64,000 nucleotides of DNA from Eledone cirrhosa (lineage: Eukaryota). Within the stretch, counting starts at the first letter, position 1. Each line of letters begins with the position of its first letter. This document shows positions 14,789-29,382 of the stretch, in pieces. Where the stretch lies: positions 75,082,001 to 75,146,000 of the forward strand of contig OZ024743.1 in NCBI GenBank assembly GCA_964016885.1. Reading direction: 5' to 3'. The notes below the pieces were generated by a model. The model saw only the letters and a program-made list of their open reading frames with translations, was not told the origin of the DNA and ran no database searches. Both the position numbers and the translations under genes were made by a program.

Positions 14789-14790
<2 letters not shown>
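13639..14790. mobile_element. Inverted dimer of a circularly permuted ~540-bp hammerhead-bearing monomer
   Basis: 13639-14203 and 14204-14790 are inverted; each arm repeats its own start (periods ~537 and 544 bp); (TA)n on both sides. Confidence 0.8.
13825..13892 (-). ncRNA. Type I hammerhead ribozyme
   Basis: Minus strand tttgctga-CTGATGA-[26 nt, imperfect stem II]-GAAACgaa-cttga-ttcGTA-tcagcaaa; 8-bp stem I, 5-bp stem III; inverted copy at 14440-14514 has CTGGTGA. Confidence 0.7.
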
Positions 14791-14867
<77 letters not shown>

Positions 14868-14884
14868 TTCTCTTTCTCTGTCCC

Positions 14885-14933
14885 CAAGAAGAAGAAGAAG
14901 AAGAAGAAGAAGAAGAAGAAGAAGAAGAAGAAG

Positions 14934-15005
<72 letters not shown>

Positions 15006-15020
15006 CAACAACAACAATAA
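14885..15020. repeat. (GAA)n(CAA)n microsatellite
   Basis: Direct reading. Confidence 0.95.
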
Positions 15021-15308
15021 CAAGTGTATTCCAAGGGCGATGGTCAGGAATTAATAAGGGACTTCAAAAAGGAAGGAAGTTGTTAAGAATCAGCTTAGAA
15101 TTCTGACACTCAGAAAATGTTTTATATGAAAGAATATCATATACAACGTTATTGTAACCAGCTTGAAGTATAATTGTTTCTACTTTTGGTACAAAACCAG
15201 CAAATACCCCTGTGAATTACTGGTACTTTATTTTACCGACCCCGTAAGGGGGAAATATAATGGACTTATATCTTGTGAGAAAACCAATTTTTCATCGTCA
15301 TCTCTCAA

Positions 15309-15960
15309 TCTTCTTCTTCTTCTTCTTCTTCTTCTTCTTCTTCTTCTTCTTCTTCTTCTTCTTCTTCTTCTTCTTCTTCTTCTTCTTCTTCTTCTTCTTC
15401 TTCTTCTTTTTCTTCTTCTTCTTCTTCTTCGTCTTCTTCTTCTTCTTCTTCTTTTTCTTCTTCTTCTTCTTCTTTTCCCTTCCTCTTCCTACTTATTCTT
15501 GAGAGGGTCGTGGGGCAGTGTCCTCTACACACCCCTTCCAGTGGATCCTGTCTGAAACAACCGTCTCCAACTGATCTGACTGGATCCCCGAGTAAGACCA
15601 GCCAAGTTCATGGATGTTATCCAACCATCTTGCTCGGGGTCTACCCCTGGGTCTCCTACCTGTTGGTTTTGCCCGTAAGATCTATCCAGCGATTCTTTCC
15701 TGAGACATTCTAACCACATGTCCATAGTATTGGCGCTGTGATCCCTCAATTCAGAGGAGTAGCAGCTCTACCTGGAATGACTCTCTGATCTCCGAGCAAA
15801 ACACTCTATTGAGTAACATTACTCCAAAAACCCCTTGAAGGAACCCCATTACGGCCGCTTGTGTTCGCGATCGTATTCATTACCCTAGATTCATGACCAT
15901 TGGTAAGGGTTGGCACGAATACTGAGTTGAAGATAGCGAGTTTGGTTTTTACGCCTACCA
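15309..15960 (-). mobile_element. RTE-like LINE 3' end with (GAA)n tail
   Basis: Minus frame YYGHVVRMSQERI...PTGRRPRGRPRARWLD; homologous to 21839-22003 and 50523-50905. Confidence 0.75.
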
Positions 15961-17032
15961 CTCTATGAAAAACAAAATATTTTATATAGAGTTGTTAATT
16001 GAAAAATATTGTTCTCCGTTCCTTTCGGCTAATTTACTGCGCATGGGATTCGATAAAAGTGAGAAACAAAGCTGAACATTGTCTTTCATTCAACAAAGTT
16101 ATGTATTCTCCAATGAAGAAAAAGAAAGTCCGAAAAGTTGAGTGAAGAGACGCCGGCAGTTATATCAAACAGCAGAAAAACCACCCGAAGTGTGGTTGTT
16201 CTGCTAGCATGTGTAGTGTGTATATTGATATTATATGCAAGTATATATACATGTAGATATGATACATCAAATAAAATCGTAATTGACAATATACACAAAA
16301 ATTGAACGAAGACTGCGTTACACTGTCTTATGTAATCAGTAAAGTAATCCATGATACATTAAAAAAAGACGATATTATATATAAACTGCATTAAGAGAAA
16401 ATTAGAGACAGAAATATATGAATGTTTATTTAAGCGATCGCTAACCGGAAGTGTTGACGTTTGAAAGTTTTAAAGAATCGAATCTTAAAATAAGCAGCAA
16501 AATTATTTATATTTAATCAAGAATAACGAAATTTAGTAGATAAATTATGTAATATTCATTAATTATTTATTCAAAGTAATCCAACTTATTTTACAAACGG
16601 GATAAAAAAAATATATTCTGGACGCAGTCCCGGACTCCTTACTTTATTATAGTTTAGATAGGGAGCCGCTACCAGTAAATTAGTATAATTCACTGTAATA
16701 CTACACAATCCGTTCATATGTAATACTTGACATTTATACGAATAAGAATTTTCTTCTTTTATATTTATCAACCAAAGTATTCGTCGTTCATTGATTAGAA
16801 ATACAACAAATTGAAATATTGATATAATAGTATGAAATATAATAATCTAAAGTTGACAATATAATTTAGGACGCCTATGATGCTTAGTCTACGGCAGTAG
16901 GCATCAACTGAGTTCCGTTATTAAATGATTATATATATTCCATCATATCATGGTGGCATCATATTAATTATTTATCATGCTATTAATTAGGAATTAAGCT
17001 TATAATTTGATTGAAATTTTTAGAATTTATAG

Positions 17033-18675
17033 TATGGAGCCCCGAGTATGCTCCTAGCTGCTGATACGGTCATACCCACGGCTACTGGGGTCCAACAGGG
17101 CGACCCTTTGGACCCCTCCTGTTCGCCCTTGGTATTGACCACATCGCCCGGAGTATCACGGCCCCTCTCAACGTTTGGTATCTGGATGATGCTACGTTGG
17201 ACGGACCCGTACGGACGGTCTGCCAAGACCTTCAATCGGTGATTCCTGCTCTGGCGGGAATCGGCTTTCAGGTCAACTCGGCCAAGTCGGAGGTGGTGAA
17301 CGTCAGCCTCGATGCTGCGAGCTTTGCAGCCACCGTCTTGGACGTGCAGTCCATTCTCCGCCAGGTTCAGGTGACCCCCAAAGAGGATGTCCTCATCCTC
17401 GGGTCAACGATCCACCCGCCGGCCATCCGCTCCACCATCAGGTCCAGGCTTCAACAGCTCCAGACTCTCACGAGCCGACTGGGCTTGATTGACGGCCACC
17501 CAGCTCTCTTTCTGCTGAGGAACTGCTTCGCCATGCCGAAGCTCCTCTATACACTCCGCAGCGCTCCATGCTACACCCAGACATCTCTCCTCGCTGACCT
17601 CGATACTTGTATCCGAGCAGCAGCCGAGGGCATATGCAACGTCAAGTTTGACGACATAGGGTGGCAACAGGCCACTTTACCGGTCAGGTATGGCGGCCTA
17701 GGCCTCCGATCCCCGATCTCACTAGCTTTGCCGGCGTATCTTTCGTCGATAACCTCGTACCCCGTCCTCGTCAGCAGGGTTCTTCAAAACACAACAGAGC
17801 CCTCTGTGTTCAGAGAACGTGAGGCCGCCTGTGAGACGCGGAACCGGCTGGGACTTAGCCCAGTAGACGTCCCTCTTCCTTCTTCCCCTGTTGACGTCAA
17901 GTCCTCCCAACGCACTTGGGATGCCATCCAGTGCAGCCTGGCCTCAGACAGGCTCACGCGCCAGCTCGACCAGCACCGCCTTCCTTGTTTTCGTGCGGCC
18001 TCCAAACCCCACAGTGGTGCCTGGCTCCATGCTCTGCCCTCCTTCTCCACTGGCACGCAGCTAGACAACCATAGCCTGCGAATCGGCGTTTCCCTGAGGC
18101 TCGGCCTCCGGATCTGCCAGCCACACCAATGTCATTGCGGTTCCACCGTGGACTCTTTCGGCCTCCACCCGCTTTCCTGTCGCCACAGTGCCGGCCGCAT
18201 TTCACGCCATACTGCCCTCAACGAGGTCATTAAGCATGGCTTGGACGCTGCAGGCTTCCCTTCCCAGCTCGAGCCGGTGGGGCTGGATCGAGGGGACGGC
18301 AAAAGGCCAGATGGCATGACCATCTTCCCGTTCCGCGGTGGCAAACCCCTCGTCTGGGATGCCACTTGCACCGACACTTTCTGCAGCCGCAACCTGGTGA
18401 CCCAGGTCCTGCTGCATGTCGGGCTGAGGGGGCAAAACTCCTCAAATACCGGTCGCTCTCGGACAGGTTTGCGGTCGTTCCACTGGCAGTGGAAACTTCT
18501 GGTGTCCTCGGCCACAGGTCTACCTCCTTACTCACCACCATAGGCGCTGAGCTGGCCAGCCGCAGGTGTGAGCCCCGTCAGTGGAGTGGCTTTTCCAGCG
18601 CGTCTCCCTTGCCGTCCTCCTGGGAAACGCCTTCTCCATTCTGTCCGCCGGGGCTGTGGGTGGGCCCCATCGAGT
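17033..18675 (+). mobile_element. 5'-truncated CRE-clade non-LTR retrotransposon (RT, Zn knuckle, restriction-like endonuclease), frameshifted
   Basis: GVQQGDPL(fs)PLLFALG...VWYLDD (17179-17190); QATLPVRYGGLGLR; CHCG...HPLSC; RHTALN; KRPDG; WDATC; (fs) KYRSL...VPLAVETSG; includes ORF 17197-18543. Confidence 0.9.
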
Positions 18676-18939
18676 ACCAATACATTAGTTAAATACCATT
18701 CTTTCATCGTTACAACTTATATCCACAGTAAGTACTTATACGACCATATATGCATAACATGTTGCTAGGCTACGTCACGCTATTAAAACTTGCTTTGCTC
18801 TATAAAAATGCATAAAGCGTCAAGAGGGGAATTAAATGTATATTGATTGACTGGAGTTCTGATTTCAAGTAAGTTTGACATCAACTTTCTTTCTGGGCAA
18901 TAAATATATATTCCTTACATGCACACACACACACACATC

Positions 18940-18994
<55 letters not shown>

Positions 18995-19389
18995 ACATAC
19001 ACACACACATCGACACACAGAATTACATACACACACACACAATTACACACACATCCACACACATCCACACACATATATATATATATGTGTGTGTGTATAT
19101 ATATATATATATATAACTTTGATTTTGTACCTAATTATGTATGGTTAATTATATGTCTAGTCAATTTCTACAGGCTATTAGAAATACTGGGTAAATTTTC
19201 TGCAGCTATGAGTCGCGGATAAGAAGCTATATCATTTATCTATTGTTTCTTCATAAGTATATTTTAAACTTATAGCCTCGTTTAAAGGATTTTTTTTGTG
19301 TGGTTGATTTATGCTGATTGGGAGAAGAAATACTGTATATATATGTTATCTAATGATTCTATGGACTTACTTTATATATATATATATTT

Positions 19390-20353
<964 letters not shown>

Positions 20354-20629
20354 AAAAGGAAAAGAATGACTTCACTTGTAGTTCTAAATAATTTGATTTA
20401 ATTTTATGATATAATATTATGAGTTGGTAGATCTAGTAAGTTCTTTTACCAGATTCCTGGTTAACTTTCTCACATTCATCGGTGGCGATTGTCAAACTTT
20501 TCCTTTTTTTCAAATATACCTAACTGTACCAAGGACCTGACATATTTTCTAATATATATATAGACATAAAATAATAAATAAAGGATTGCAGATGGCAGTG
20601 AACCTTTACCGTTATTTTCTAATATTTTG

Positions 20630-20822
20630 TGCGGTTGATTGGCAGTAATCAGTAGAGCGTTGGACACCATGTTTATGGTCTTTACGTTTTGATTTCAAAT
20701 CCGGCCGAGGTTAGATTTGCCTTTCCTCCTTACGGGTTCGATAAAATTAAAAAAAGCACCTGAAATGCACTGGGGTCGATTTAATCGACTTTCTCCTCGC
20801 CTTGTGCCTCAAGTAGAAACCT
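20630..20822 (+). mobile_element. SINE family B
   Basis: Diverged match to the consensus. Confidence 0.75.
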
Positions 20823-21401
20823 TTATTTTCAAGTATCTAAAATACAGCAACAATAGGTAGATCTATGTTGAGAAGAGAAAAATCTTATAATTCCCCAATT
20901 GTGAAAATAAATATTCTAGTTTCGCCAAGAGTTCTATAAAACAAGAAAAGTTTCTAAATTAATAACGTTTTTTTCAAATTACAAAATATGAGGAAATAAT
21001 AGACAAAAATATACCTATTTTTTCTTCAAAGTCCCGACTGCAGTTTCGCCGATCCGTGTGCACCGATTTCTGCGCTTTAAAAGTGCATTATCGCTGTGAA
21101 GTTGATACGGCTTATAAAGAGACCCCTCAGAAAAAAGGACTGTTGTTTGGCGCGTTTATAGTAAGTGAGAAAGTCTCAGAGGCGGAGGTAGAGATTAACA
21201 CGTGATACAGGGGTAAAAAATACAGGATTGTTTCTTTCGTAGCGAGTGAGAATTTCTCGAGAGGCGAGGAGAGAGAAATTAACACATGATACAGTGGTCA
21301 CAGAAGGGTAGTAAGGTGGACAGTGAGCGAATAACGTATTTGCTAGAAAAAGTAGTTAATACACTCGTGGTTAACTCGACCATAGGGGAGTTTGGGTCAA
21401 T

Positions 21402-21589
21402 ATAATTGTTTCTATTTTAGGCACAAGGCCAGCAATTACCCAGTACATTACTGGTACTTTATTTTATCGACCCCGTAAGGATGAAAGGCAAAGTTAACCT
21501 CGGTGGGATTTGAACTCAGATCATAAAGGGACGTAACTCTATGCTTCAAAGCATGGTGTCCGACTCTCTACCGATACTGCCAATCCACG
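21402..21589 (-). mobile_element. SINE family B
   Basis: Full-length match to the consensus. Confidence 0.85.
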
Positions 21590-21838
21590 CTAATCAATAT
21601 TCAAGGTTTTAATATGTTCCGCTAATCAACAGTAATGAACTGGAATACATTCCATAAAGTAAACAATCTTTTTTAATTCATCTTTTGTCAACACACTACA
21701 AAAATATCTCATTCTCTATTTTCAACACTTGTATGTCATTTATACAACTGGGAATAAAATGAACTTCTTCCCATTTGTAATGTCATACAAATGTTAATAA
21801 AATAAAAAAAATTGTGAACTTCTGTCTGTGTATAAAAC

Positions 21839-22003
21839 CTTCTTCTTCTTCTCATGGATATCATCCAACCATCTTGCTCGGGATCTACCCCTGGGTCCCC
21901 TGCCGGTTGGTTTTGCCCTTAAAATCTGTCCAGCGATTCTTTCCTGAGACATTTTAACCACATGCCCACAGTATCGAAGCTGGGTTCTCTTAATTCTGAG
22001 CCG
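21839..22003 (-). mobile_element. RTE-like LINE 3' fragment
   Basis: Homologous to 15610-15755. Confidence 0.65.
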
Positions 22004-22272
22004 TGACCTCCAAAATATTTTGTTTATTAAGTCTTTAATGTTATTAAATTTCTGATAAAATATATGATTCCATATGACATTCGTGACATCTCTTACACAA
22101 ATCTATTCCAGTGGATCAGATTTAATTAGCTGGTAACAATTATCCTCCTTGTTTCATCCAAGAACATCTCAACATTTAGATAAATACTTTGTAACCCTTA
22201 AAATACGGGAATATTATTTATTTCTCTTCCACGTTTTATTAATTGACTGATATGAAAATTTCCTTGTCATCT

Positions 22273-23425
22273 TCATTGACCAGAGTCAAACATTCCTGAC
22301 ACAGTCCCTCCATAATTCACGATTTTCCGTTGCTCCTGACAACAGCTCCATACAGACGTTTGTATCGTCTGAGAGTTTATCGATGAAGCTTCGAGCAGGT
22401 CTTCCACTACTGCATCTCCCGTGAGTTGGTTCCCACAATAGTAGCCTTTGTATAACTTCTTTCTTACATATCCTGCAATGTCCTGCAAATCGTAACCATC
22501 TTCGAGCAATTGTAGTCATCTTGCTCAAGTTTCTGTATAAACTTTCATTTGTAATATGTTGACGCCAGTTTATGTTTTATACAACCCTAAGAATTTTAGT
22601 GTGTACCATCTACTTTCTTCTCAGGTGCTTGTGTTAGGGTCCATGTATCTGACCCATACAACACTGACTCAACAAATTTTCTGAAGAATGATATTTTGAT
22701 TTTTCAGGGTAGTTCTGACTTCCATATCCTTTCCATTCTGTTCATTGCTGCCCAGATTTTGGAAATTCTAATGTCAATGTCCTTTTTTGAAGAACTCATC
22801 CAACTGCTCAAAAAAGCATCTCTATTTAGTATTCCGCCATTTACTGTTACAATATTTGTTAGTTTAGTGACATATACTCTGTTCTGGTAACATTTACGTG
22901 TAGACCAATTTTCCCGGTAGAGAATTCGACTTTATGAAGAAGTTCTTGAGCCTGGTCAATGATATTTGATAGAACTATGACATCAACAACATCTGTATCA
23001 CATATAATATTTGGTGGGTTTCGCTTACTTCTCCTTTGTGTCAATGTAAAGCGAGATCTTGTTCATTAACAATGGCTTTCTTCGTGACATAATCCAGAGT
23101 GATTATAAAAAGACACGGTGTCAATGTGTCACCTTGAAGGAAGCCGCTAAGATTTAAAAAATTTCAGTATCGCCATCAGGAGAGACTGAGCTTCTGTGTT
23201 TATGTAGCGAAAATTTATATGAGAAACTATGGTATAAGGTATGCCAGAAACAACTAAGATAGACATAAGCTTTTCTCTATAGCTGGAGTCAAAAGCCTTT
23301 TTTGAAATCAATGAAGGTCTGTCCAGATGTCATGTTCTTTGATTGATGCCTTCTAGTAGACTCCACAGTGTCAAGATTTGTGAGACAGTCCATCTATTCT
23401 GTCTAAAACCATTTTGATTTATTCT
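22273..23425 (-). pseudogene. Decayed RTE-like LINE reverse transcriptase and C-terminus
   Basis: Minus-strand motifs QNGFRQN, FIDFKKAFDS, LQGDTLTPCLFIITLDYV, LRFAGHC, LLLWEPTHG...GRP; many stops and frameshifts. Confidence 0.8.
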
Positions 23426-24344
23426 GAATTTACAGAAACATTAAAATCAAAAACATCTGCATCATTAACAAACCCCAAGGCTAAAAACATATAAACATGC
23501 TGTAGCTGCACCTCACCCACATACACATATCAGCACCAGTGATGGATCCGTACGCCCCGCCACCACTACAGCACACCAACCCACATACCCGACTACTTAA
23601 ATCCTGATAAACACGTATTTTTTCTTTTTACTCCCACTTTCCAACCTCTTCTTTCTATTAATTTTATTCCTGATAAAAGACTGACGTTGTTATATTCTTT
23701 TGACTTTTTCAACTAGCATGAAACTAATAAAACTTTGTACAATTGCGTCTCTGGTTTTTCCTTTTTAATCTTGAACTATACATGTATAATGAAACAAAAC
23801 AAACACAGGGATGCAAAAATACAAAGTCATATTAGGTTCACGCTTAAAGGATATGTGCGTGTGTGTGTATTAATATATTATATTCTGCTATATAAGCGCT
23901 CCATCTCTCTAGCTGCCCCTTTTTCTCTGTCCTTCCTTATTTCTTTTCCTGTTCTCTTCATATTGTTTACTAATGTATGTTCAGTCACTAATCCCTAATT
24001 TCAGGTCAATCTTATTCATTCTTTCACTACTCAACTTTCAGAAAGACATGTCTATCGCTTCTCTCTTTTACAGTTACATTTTGTCTATTTTTATTCCCCT
24101 GCTTCCTGCGTTACCATTTGCTCGGATTACCTGTATTTAGGTTATGCTAAATAAGCGACAGCTTAGAACCCCGCAATCTTCAGGGGCCATTAAAATGATA
24201 ATTAAATAGCGTATATATTTTTAATTTTGGTGGGGCCTTATGCTGTAATGTTTTAAGACGAGGCTTCTTAACCTCTTACATCTTAGAGCCACGTCATGTT
24301 TAAATCTGATACAGTTCTGATACGAAGGACACTACATCTATGGG

Positions 24345-24748
24345 TGGAGGCGCGTGGCCTAGTGGTAAGGGCGTTGGACTTACGATTATAATAATGTCGT
24401 GGGTTCGATTCCTGGCCTGGGTTATGTGTTGTGTTCTTCAGCAAAACACTTCATTTTACGTTGCTCCAGTATACTCAAGTGTAAATGAGTAACAGCAATA
24501 GCTGGGTGGTTAACCTTGCGATGGTCTGGCGTCCTGTCCAGGGGGCGGGTAGTATTGTACTCTCAGTCACTTTCACGACGCGAAACCAGGATTGGTACCA
24601 GCAGGATTGGTACCAATAGTTGGAGGTTTAACCTTGCGATGGACTGGCGTCCTGTCTAAGCTAGAAGGGGAGTCTTGTACTCTAAGTCGCTGGGGAGAAG
24701 CACCGGTCTAACCAGCCTTAAATGGCTTAAGACAGACTTTGTACTTTA
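24345..24748 (+). mobile_element. SINE family A-related, with duplicated V-domain-like segment
   Basis: tRNA head, CORE-like TTCAGCAAAACACTT, then CCTTGCGATGG(T/A)CTGGCGTCCTGTC twice. Confidence 0.65.
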
Positions 24749-24963
24749 GTGAAGGTGTGTGGCTGAGTGGTTATAGAATTGGATTGGCAATCGTGAGGTT
24801 GTGAGTTCTATTCCTGGACCCGGCGATGCATTGCCTTTGAGCAAGACACTTTATTTCACGTTGTTTCTTCTACCTGGAGATGCGACCGATAGATAGTATT
24901 AGCAATTGGAAAGACCAACGGAAACATTGTTTCCTCGGTCCGATTTGACGAAAGGTCGATCGA
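24749..24963 (+). mobile_element. SINE family A, tail type 1
   Basis: Matches 249-458 and 7198-7410. Confidence 0.8.
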
Positions 24964-25289
24964 CTTCCTCCTCTCTTTCTCCTTCTCTTAGACATATATG
25001 GAGAATATTTACTACAACACACAAGTTATATTATTCCACAATTCTACGCATTCGTACTATAATGACATTAACCTATATCACAGTTCTATGTCATACCAAA
25101 TGCAAAATTAATTAAAATTATATTTATGTTCCCAGAAGGTAAAATATATATAACATAAAAGATATCGCGAAATATTTCACCCACCAAAGAAACATTCTTA
25201 TATTTTTCTTTTAAAAGAAATTTAAAACAAAACTTTAGAAAAGCAGTTCACAATATAATGTATTTCTGTCATTTCTCATGTACATGTTT

Positions 25290-25920
25290 GGAGTTGTGTG
25301 TAGAGAGAGAGAGAGTGTGCGTGTGTCTGTGTGAGAGAGTGTGTGTGTGTGTGTGTCTGTGTGAGAGAGAGTGTGTGTGTGTGTGTCTCTGGGAGTGTGT
25401 GTGTGTGTGTGTGTGTGTGTGGCTGTGTGAGAGAGAGGGTGTGCGTGTGTATCTGTGTGAGAGAGTGTGTGTGTGTGTGGCTGTGTGAGAGAGAGAGTGT
25501 GTGTCTGTGTGGCTCTGTGAGAGAGAGTGCGTGTGTGTGTGGCTATGTGAGAGAGTGTGTGTGTGTGGCTGTGTGAGAGAGAGTTTGTGTGTGTGTGTGT
25601 TTGTGTGTGGATGATTGAAGCATGTTTGGCGAAGTGTGTGTGTGTGTGTGAGAGTGTGTGTGTGTTTATGTGTGTGCATGATTAAAGCATGTTTTGAGTA
25701 TCATGTGTGTGTGTTTGTGTGTGCGTGTGTGCGTGTGTGTGCGTATGTGTATTTATGTGGGGGTGCGTGTATGTGTGTGTGCATGCGCGCGCGTGTGCAT
25801 GTATGTGTGTGTATGTGTGTGTGTATGTATGTGTATGTGTGCATGTGTATGTATGTATCACTGTGTGTTTTCCTGTGTATGCGTGTGTCATTGTGTGAAT
25901 GTGTCTGTGTGTGTGTCACG
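25290..25920. repeat. (GT)n/(GA)n compound microsatellite
   Basis: Direct reading. Confidence 0.9.
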
Positions 25921-26296
25921 GATTTCTGTTAAATTATGCCGCAGTTTTGTTTCTACAATTCTTTTGTTCCAACATCTCAGCTCCATCTTCTCAAACGTGA
26001 CACCATTCACTGACATTTTTACGGTGCTTCATGTAAAACTGAAATTTGTAATTAACAGTTTTTTGTGTGGTTCATTAAAATTACTGATTGAATTTCAGTA
26101 TTTCAGGGAAAATAGGCTTTCCTTTATTTATTTTATGTTTTGTCAAAGAAGGCAAAGCATCGCCTGTGACCATTTTCAGCGCTTCAGAAACAAATGAGAA
26201 GATATCCTCAAGTTGGAAACGTGGTCAAGCTACTTATATCAAAGTGGACTCCATTAAAATCACCCAAAGTTGTGGACAGATATAGCTATATAAAAG

Positions 26297-26695
26297 GTAC
26301 ATGATAAAATGACAAGTCAGTCAATCATATTGGTGGCCTCCCCACAGCCTCGGCGGACAGAAAAGAGAAGGTGTTTCCCCGGAGGACGCCAAGGGAGACG
26401 CGCTGGAAAACCATTTCAGCTCGCGAGGCTCACACCTGCGGCTGGCCAGCTCAGCGCCTATGGTGGTGAGTAGGGAGGTAGCCGTAGGGCTGAGGACACC
26501 AGAAGTCTCCACTGCCAAGGGTACAACCGCAAACCTGTCGGCGAGCGACCGGTATTTGAAGAGTTTGGTCTCCTCAGCCCGACGTGCAGCAGAACCTGGG
26601 TTAGTCGCAGACTACACCAGTTGCGGCTGCAGAAAGTGTCGGTGCAAGTGGCATCCCAGACGAGGGGTTTGCCACCGCGGAACGGGAAGATGGTC
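26297..26695 (-). mobile_element. CRE-clade 3' fragment
   Basis: Reverse complement of ~18318-18670, plus 3' UTR ATGATTGACTGACTTGTCATTTTATCA. Confidence 0.9.
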
Positions 26696-26738
26696 TTAAC
26701 ACAGTGGCATTTGAACTCATAACTAAAGGATCCGGAAC

Positions 26739-27277
26739 TAATAATTGTTTCTACTTTTGGCACAAAACCAGCAATTATCCCAGTGTATTACTGGTACTTT
26801 ATTTTATCAACCCCGTAAGGAAGAAAGGCAAAGTTAACCTCGGCGGGATTTGAACTCAGACCATAAAGGGACGTAACTCTTTGCTACAAAGCATGGCGTC
26901 AGACCCTCTACCAATACTGCCAATCCACCGCTCTTAATAATTGTTTCTATATTTAACACAAGGCCAGCAATTATCCCAATGTATTACTGGTACTTTATTT
27001 TATCGACCCCGTAAGGATGAAAAGCAAAGTAAAACTCGGCGTGATTTGAACTCAGACCATAAACGGACGTATCTCTTTGCTGCAAAGCATGGCGTCAGAC
27101 CCTCTACCGATACTGCCAATTCACCACAAAGTAGTTTGTCCTCCGCTGTGACGACTCTGCCAATGGATGAAAGGCAAAGTTGTCCACGGCAGGATTTGAA
27201 CTCAGAGAGCAGAGAATCGGAGTGAATACTGCAAAGCATCCTATTCGACGTTCTAACGACTCTGTCAATTCACCGCC
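26739..27277 (-). mobile_element. Three tandem SINE family B copies
   Basis: 26739-26930, 26936-27125 and partial 27166-27277. Confidence 0.8.
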
Positions 27278-27766
27278 TGTCGTATACTTATACATACACA
27301 CATATATACACATATATATATACACATATATATACATATATACATATATATATATACACACATATAACTACGTGTACATATTCACATCCACATATTTCTT
27401 GTCACCCTGAGTGTTTCCATCTCTTACATATATACATGGGTACATTGACATAAAGCTAATGATACAGACTCAATGACTTCCTTTCATTCGATAAAGTATG
27501 TTTAACATTGACAGTGTTGAAGGAAATTTCCATTGACCCCAGATACAGATCACTCTCTCACTCAATATATAATAAATTTCCTCTAATTATTCATTTAATT
27601 ATAGGGCGGATAGGCGATTCGATATGGCAGTGAACACCTAGACGTGTGACAAGAGGGCTGTATACAATCAATGAAAATGGCTTATGTAATAGTATGTATC
27701 TCCTAAATATTAATTCTATCAGGATACAACTAAATACTGAAAAGTATATTTTCCGAAGCTCGAAAG

Positions 27767-28610
27767 CAGGTCTGGGCAACCTTTATCGAGCAGTGGGCCG
27801 CATAAGATGTGGATCATCATAAGCTGGGCCACATAGGATGTGACCCAGCTTATGATGGGCCACATAGTATGTGGCTCATCATAAAGCAGGCCACATAGTA
27901 TGTAGCTCATCATAAGCTGGGCCGCATAGGATATGGCTCATCATAAGGTGGGCCACATAGGGTGCATCTCATCATAAGCTGGGCCACATACGATGTGGCT
28001 CATCATAAGGTGGGCCACATAGGATGTGGATCATCATAAGGTGGACCACATAGTATGTGGCTCATCATAAGGTGGACCACATAGGATGGGGCTCATCATA
28101 AGGTGGATCACATAGTATGTGGCTCATCATAAGGTGGGTCACATAGGATGTGGTTCATCATAAGGTGGGCCACATAGGATGTGGCTCATCATAAGGTGGA
28201 CCACATAGTATGTGGCTCATCGTAAGGTGGGCCATATAGGATGTGGCTCATCATAAGGTGGACCACATAGGATGTGGCTCGTCATAAGGTGGACCACATA
28301 GGATGTGACTCATCATAAGGTGGACCACATAGGATGTGACTCATCATAAAGCAGGCCACATAGTGTGTGGTTCATCATAAGGTGGGCCACATAGGATGTG
28401 GTTCATCATAAGGTGAGCCACATATGTAGCTTATCATAAGGTGGACCATATAAGATGTGGTTCATCATAAGGCGGGCCAGATAAGATATAGCTCATCATA
28501 TGGTGGGCCGCCCTACTAAAACAAATCTACACAATTTTGAAATTAGGCGTGCCATTTAGAAAGCCAAACGGGTCGCATGCGGGTCGTGGGCCCCATTTTC
28601 CTCATGACTG
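27767..28610. mobile_element. hAT/Charlie-like MITE containing a 31-bp minisatellite
   Basis: Imperfect TIRs CAGGTCTGGGCAA / TTCCTCATGACTG; 8-bp TSD CTCGAAAG / CTCAAAAG; GGGCCGCAT subterminal motifs; internal (CTCATCATAAGGTGGGCCACATAGGATGTGG)n. Confidence 0.8.
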
Positions 28611-28924
28611 CTCAAAAGATTACAGAAATAATGAACCTTATAGCATGGAAACATTAAAAGATAAACAATATTTCAGGAGTTGTTTTGATATAAAACAAGA
28701 TGAAACTCTGATTTGTTTCCGATATTCCTCATTAATGGTTTCGGTGTACGATTTGTTTAATTAAACAACTGGTCGTTTGTTGATTTCAATAGATTTTATA
28801 CAGTTAATTATCACAAATATTGATTAGTAATATTGCCACCAATTGGCAATACTTTGGTTCGGTTAAAACGATTCAATCAGGCTCCACCTACAACTGTTGA
28901 CTTACAGACTATTGAAAGTTTCCG

Positions 28925-29382
28925 GGCAGTATCGGTAGAGGGGTCGGACGCCATGCTTTGCAGCATAGAGTTACGCCCCTTTATGGTCTGAGTTCAAATC
29001 CCGTCGAGGTTAACTTTGCCTTTCATCCTTACGGGGTCGATAAAATAAAGTACCAGTAATACACTGGGTGATTGCTGGCCTTGTGCCAAAAGTAGAAACA
29101 ATTATTGTTGTTGTTATGAAAGATGTTATAGGCGGCGAATTGGCAGAGTCGTTAGAACGTCAGATAGAATACTTTGTAGTATTAGTTTCGGCTTTCTATA
29201 CTCCCAGAGTTCAAATCCCAGCAAGGTCAACTTTGCTTTTCAGCCTGTTGGGGTTCATAAAATGCTTTGCAGTTTTCGTTCTGGTTCTCTACTTTCTGAG
29301 TTCAAATCTTACCGAGGTCAACGTTGCCTTTCATCCATTCGAGGTCGATAAAAAAAAGTACCAGTCAAATACTGGTGTCGAT
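28925..29382 (+). mobile_element. SINE family B cluster
   Basis: One young copy (28925-29104) and two older partial copies. Confidence 0.8.

Noticed and set aside
25930-26290. Possible host exons (also 31620-31960 and 48700-48880)
   Set aside because: Splice-like signals exist, but there is no recognisable protein or consistent frame; needs RNA-seq
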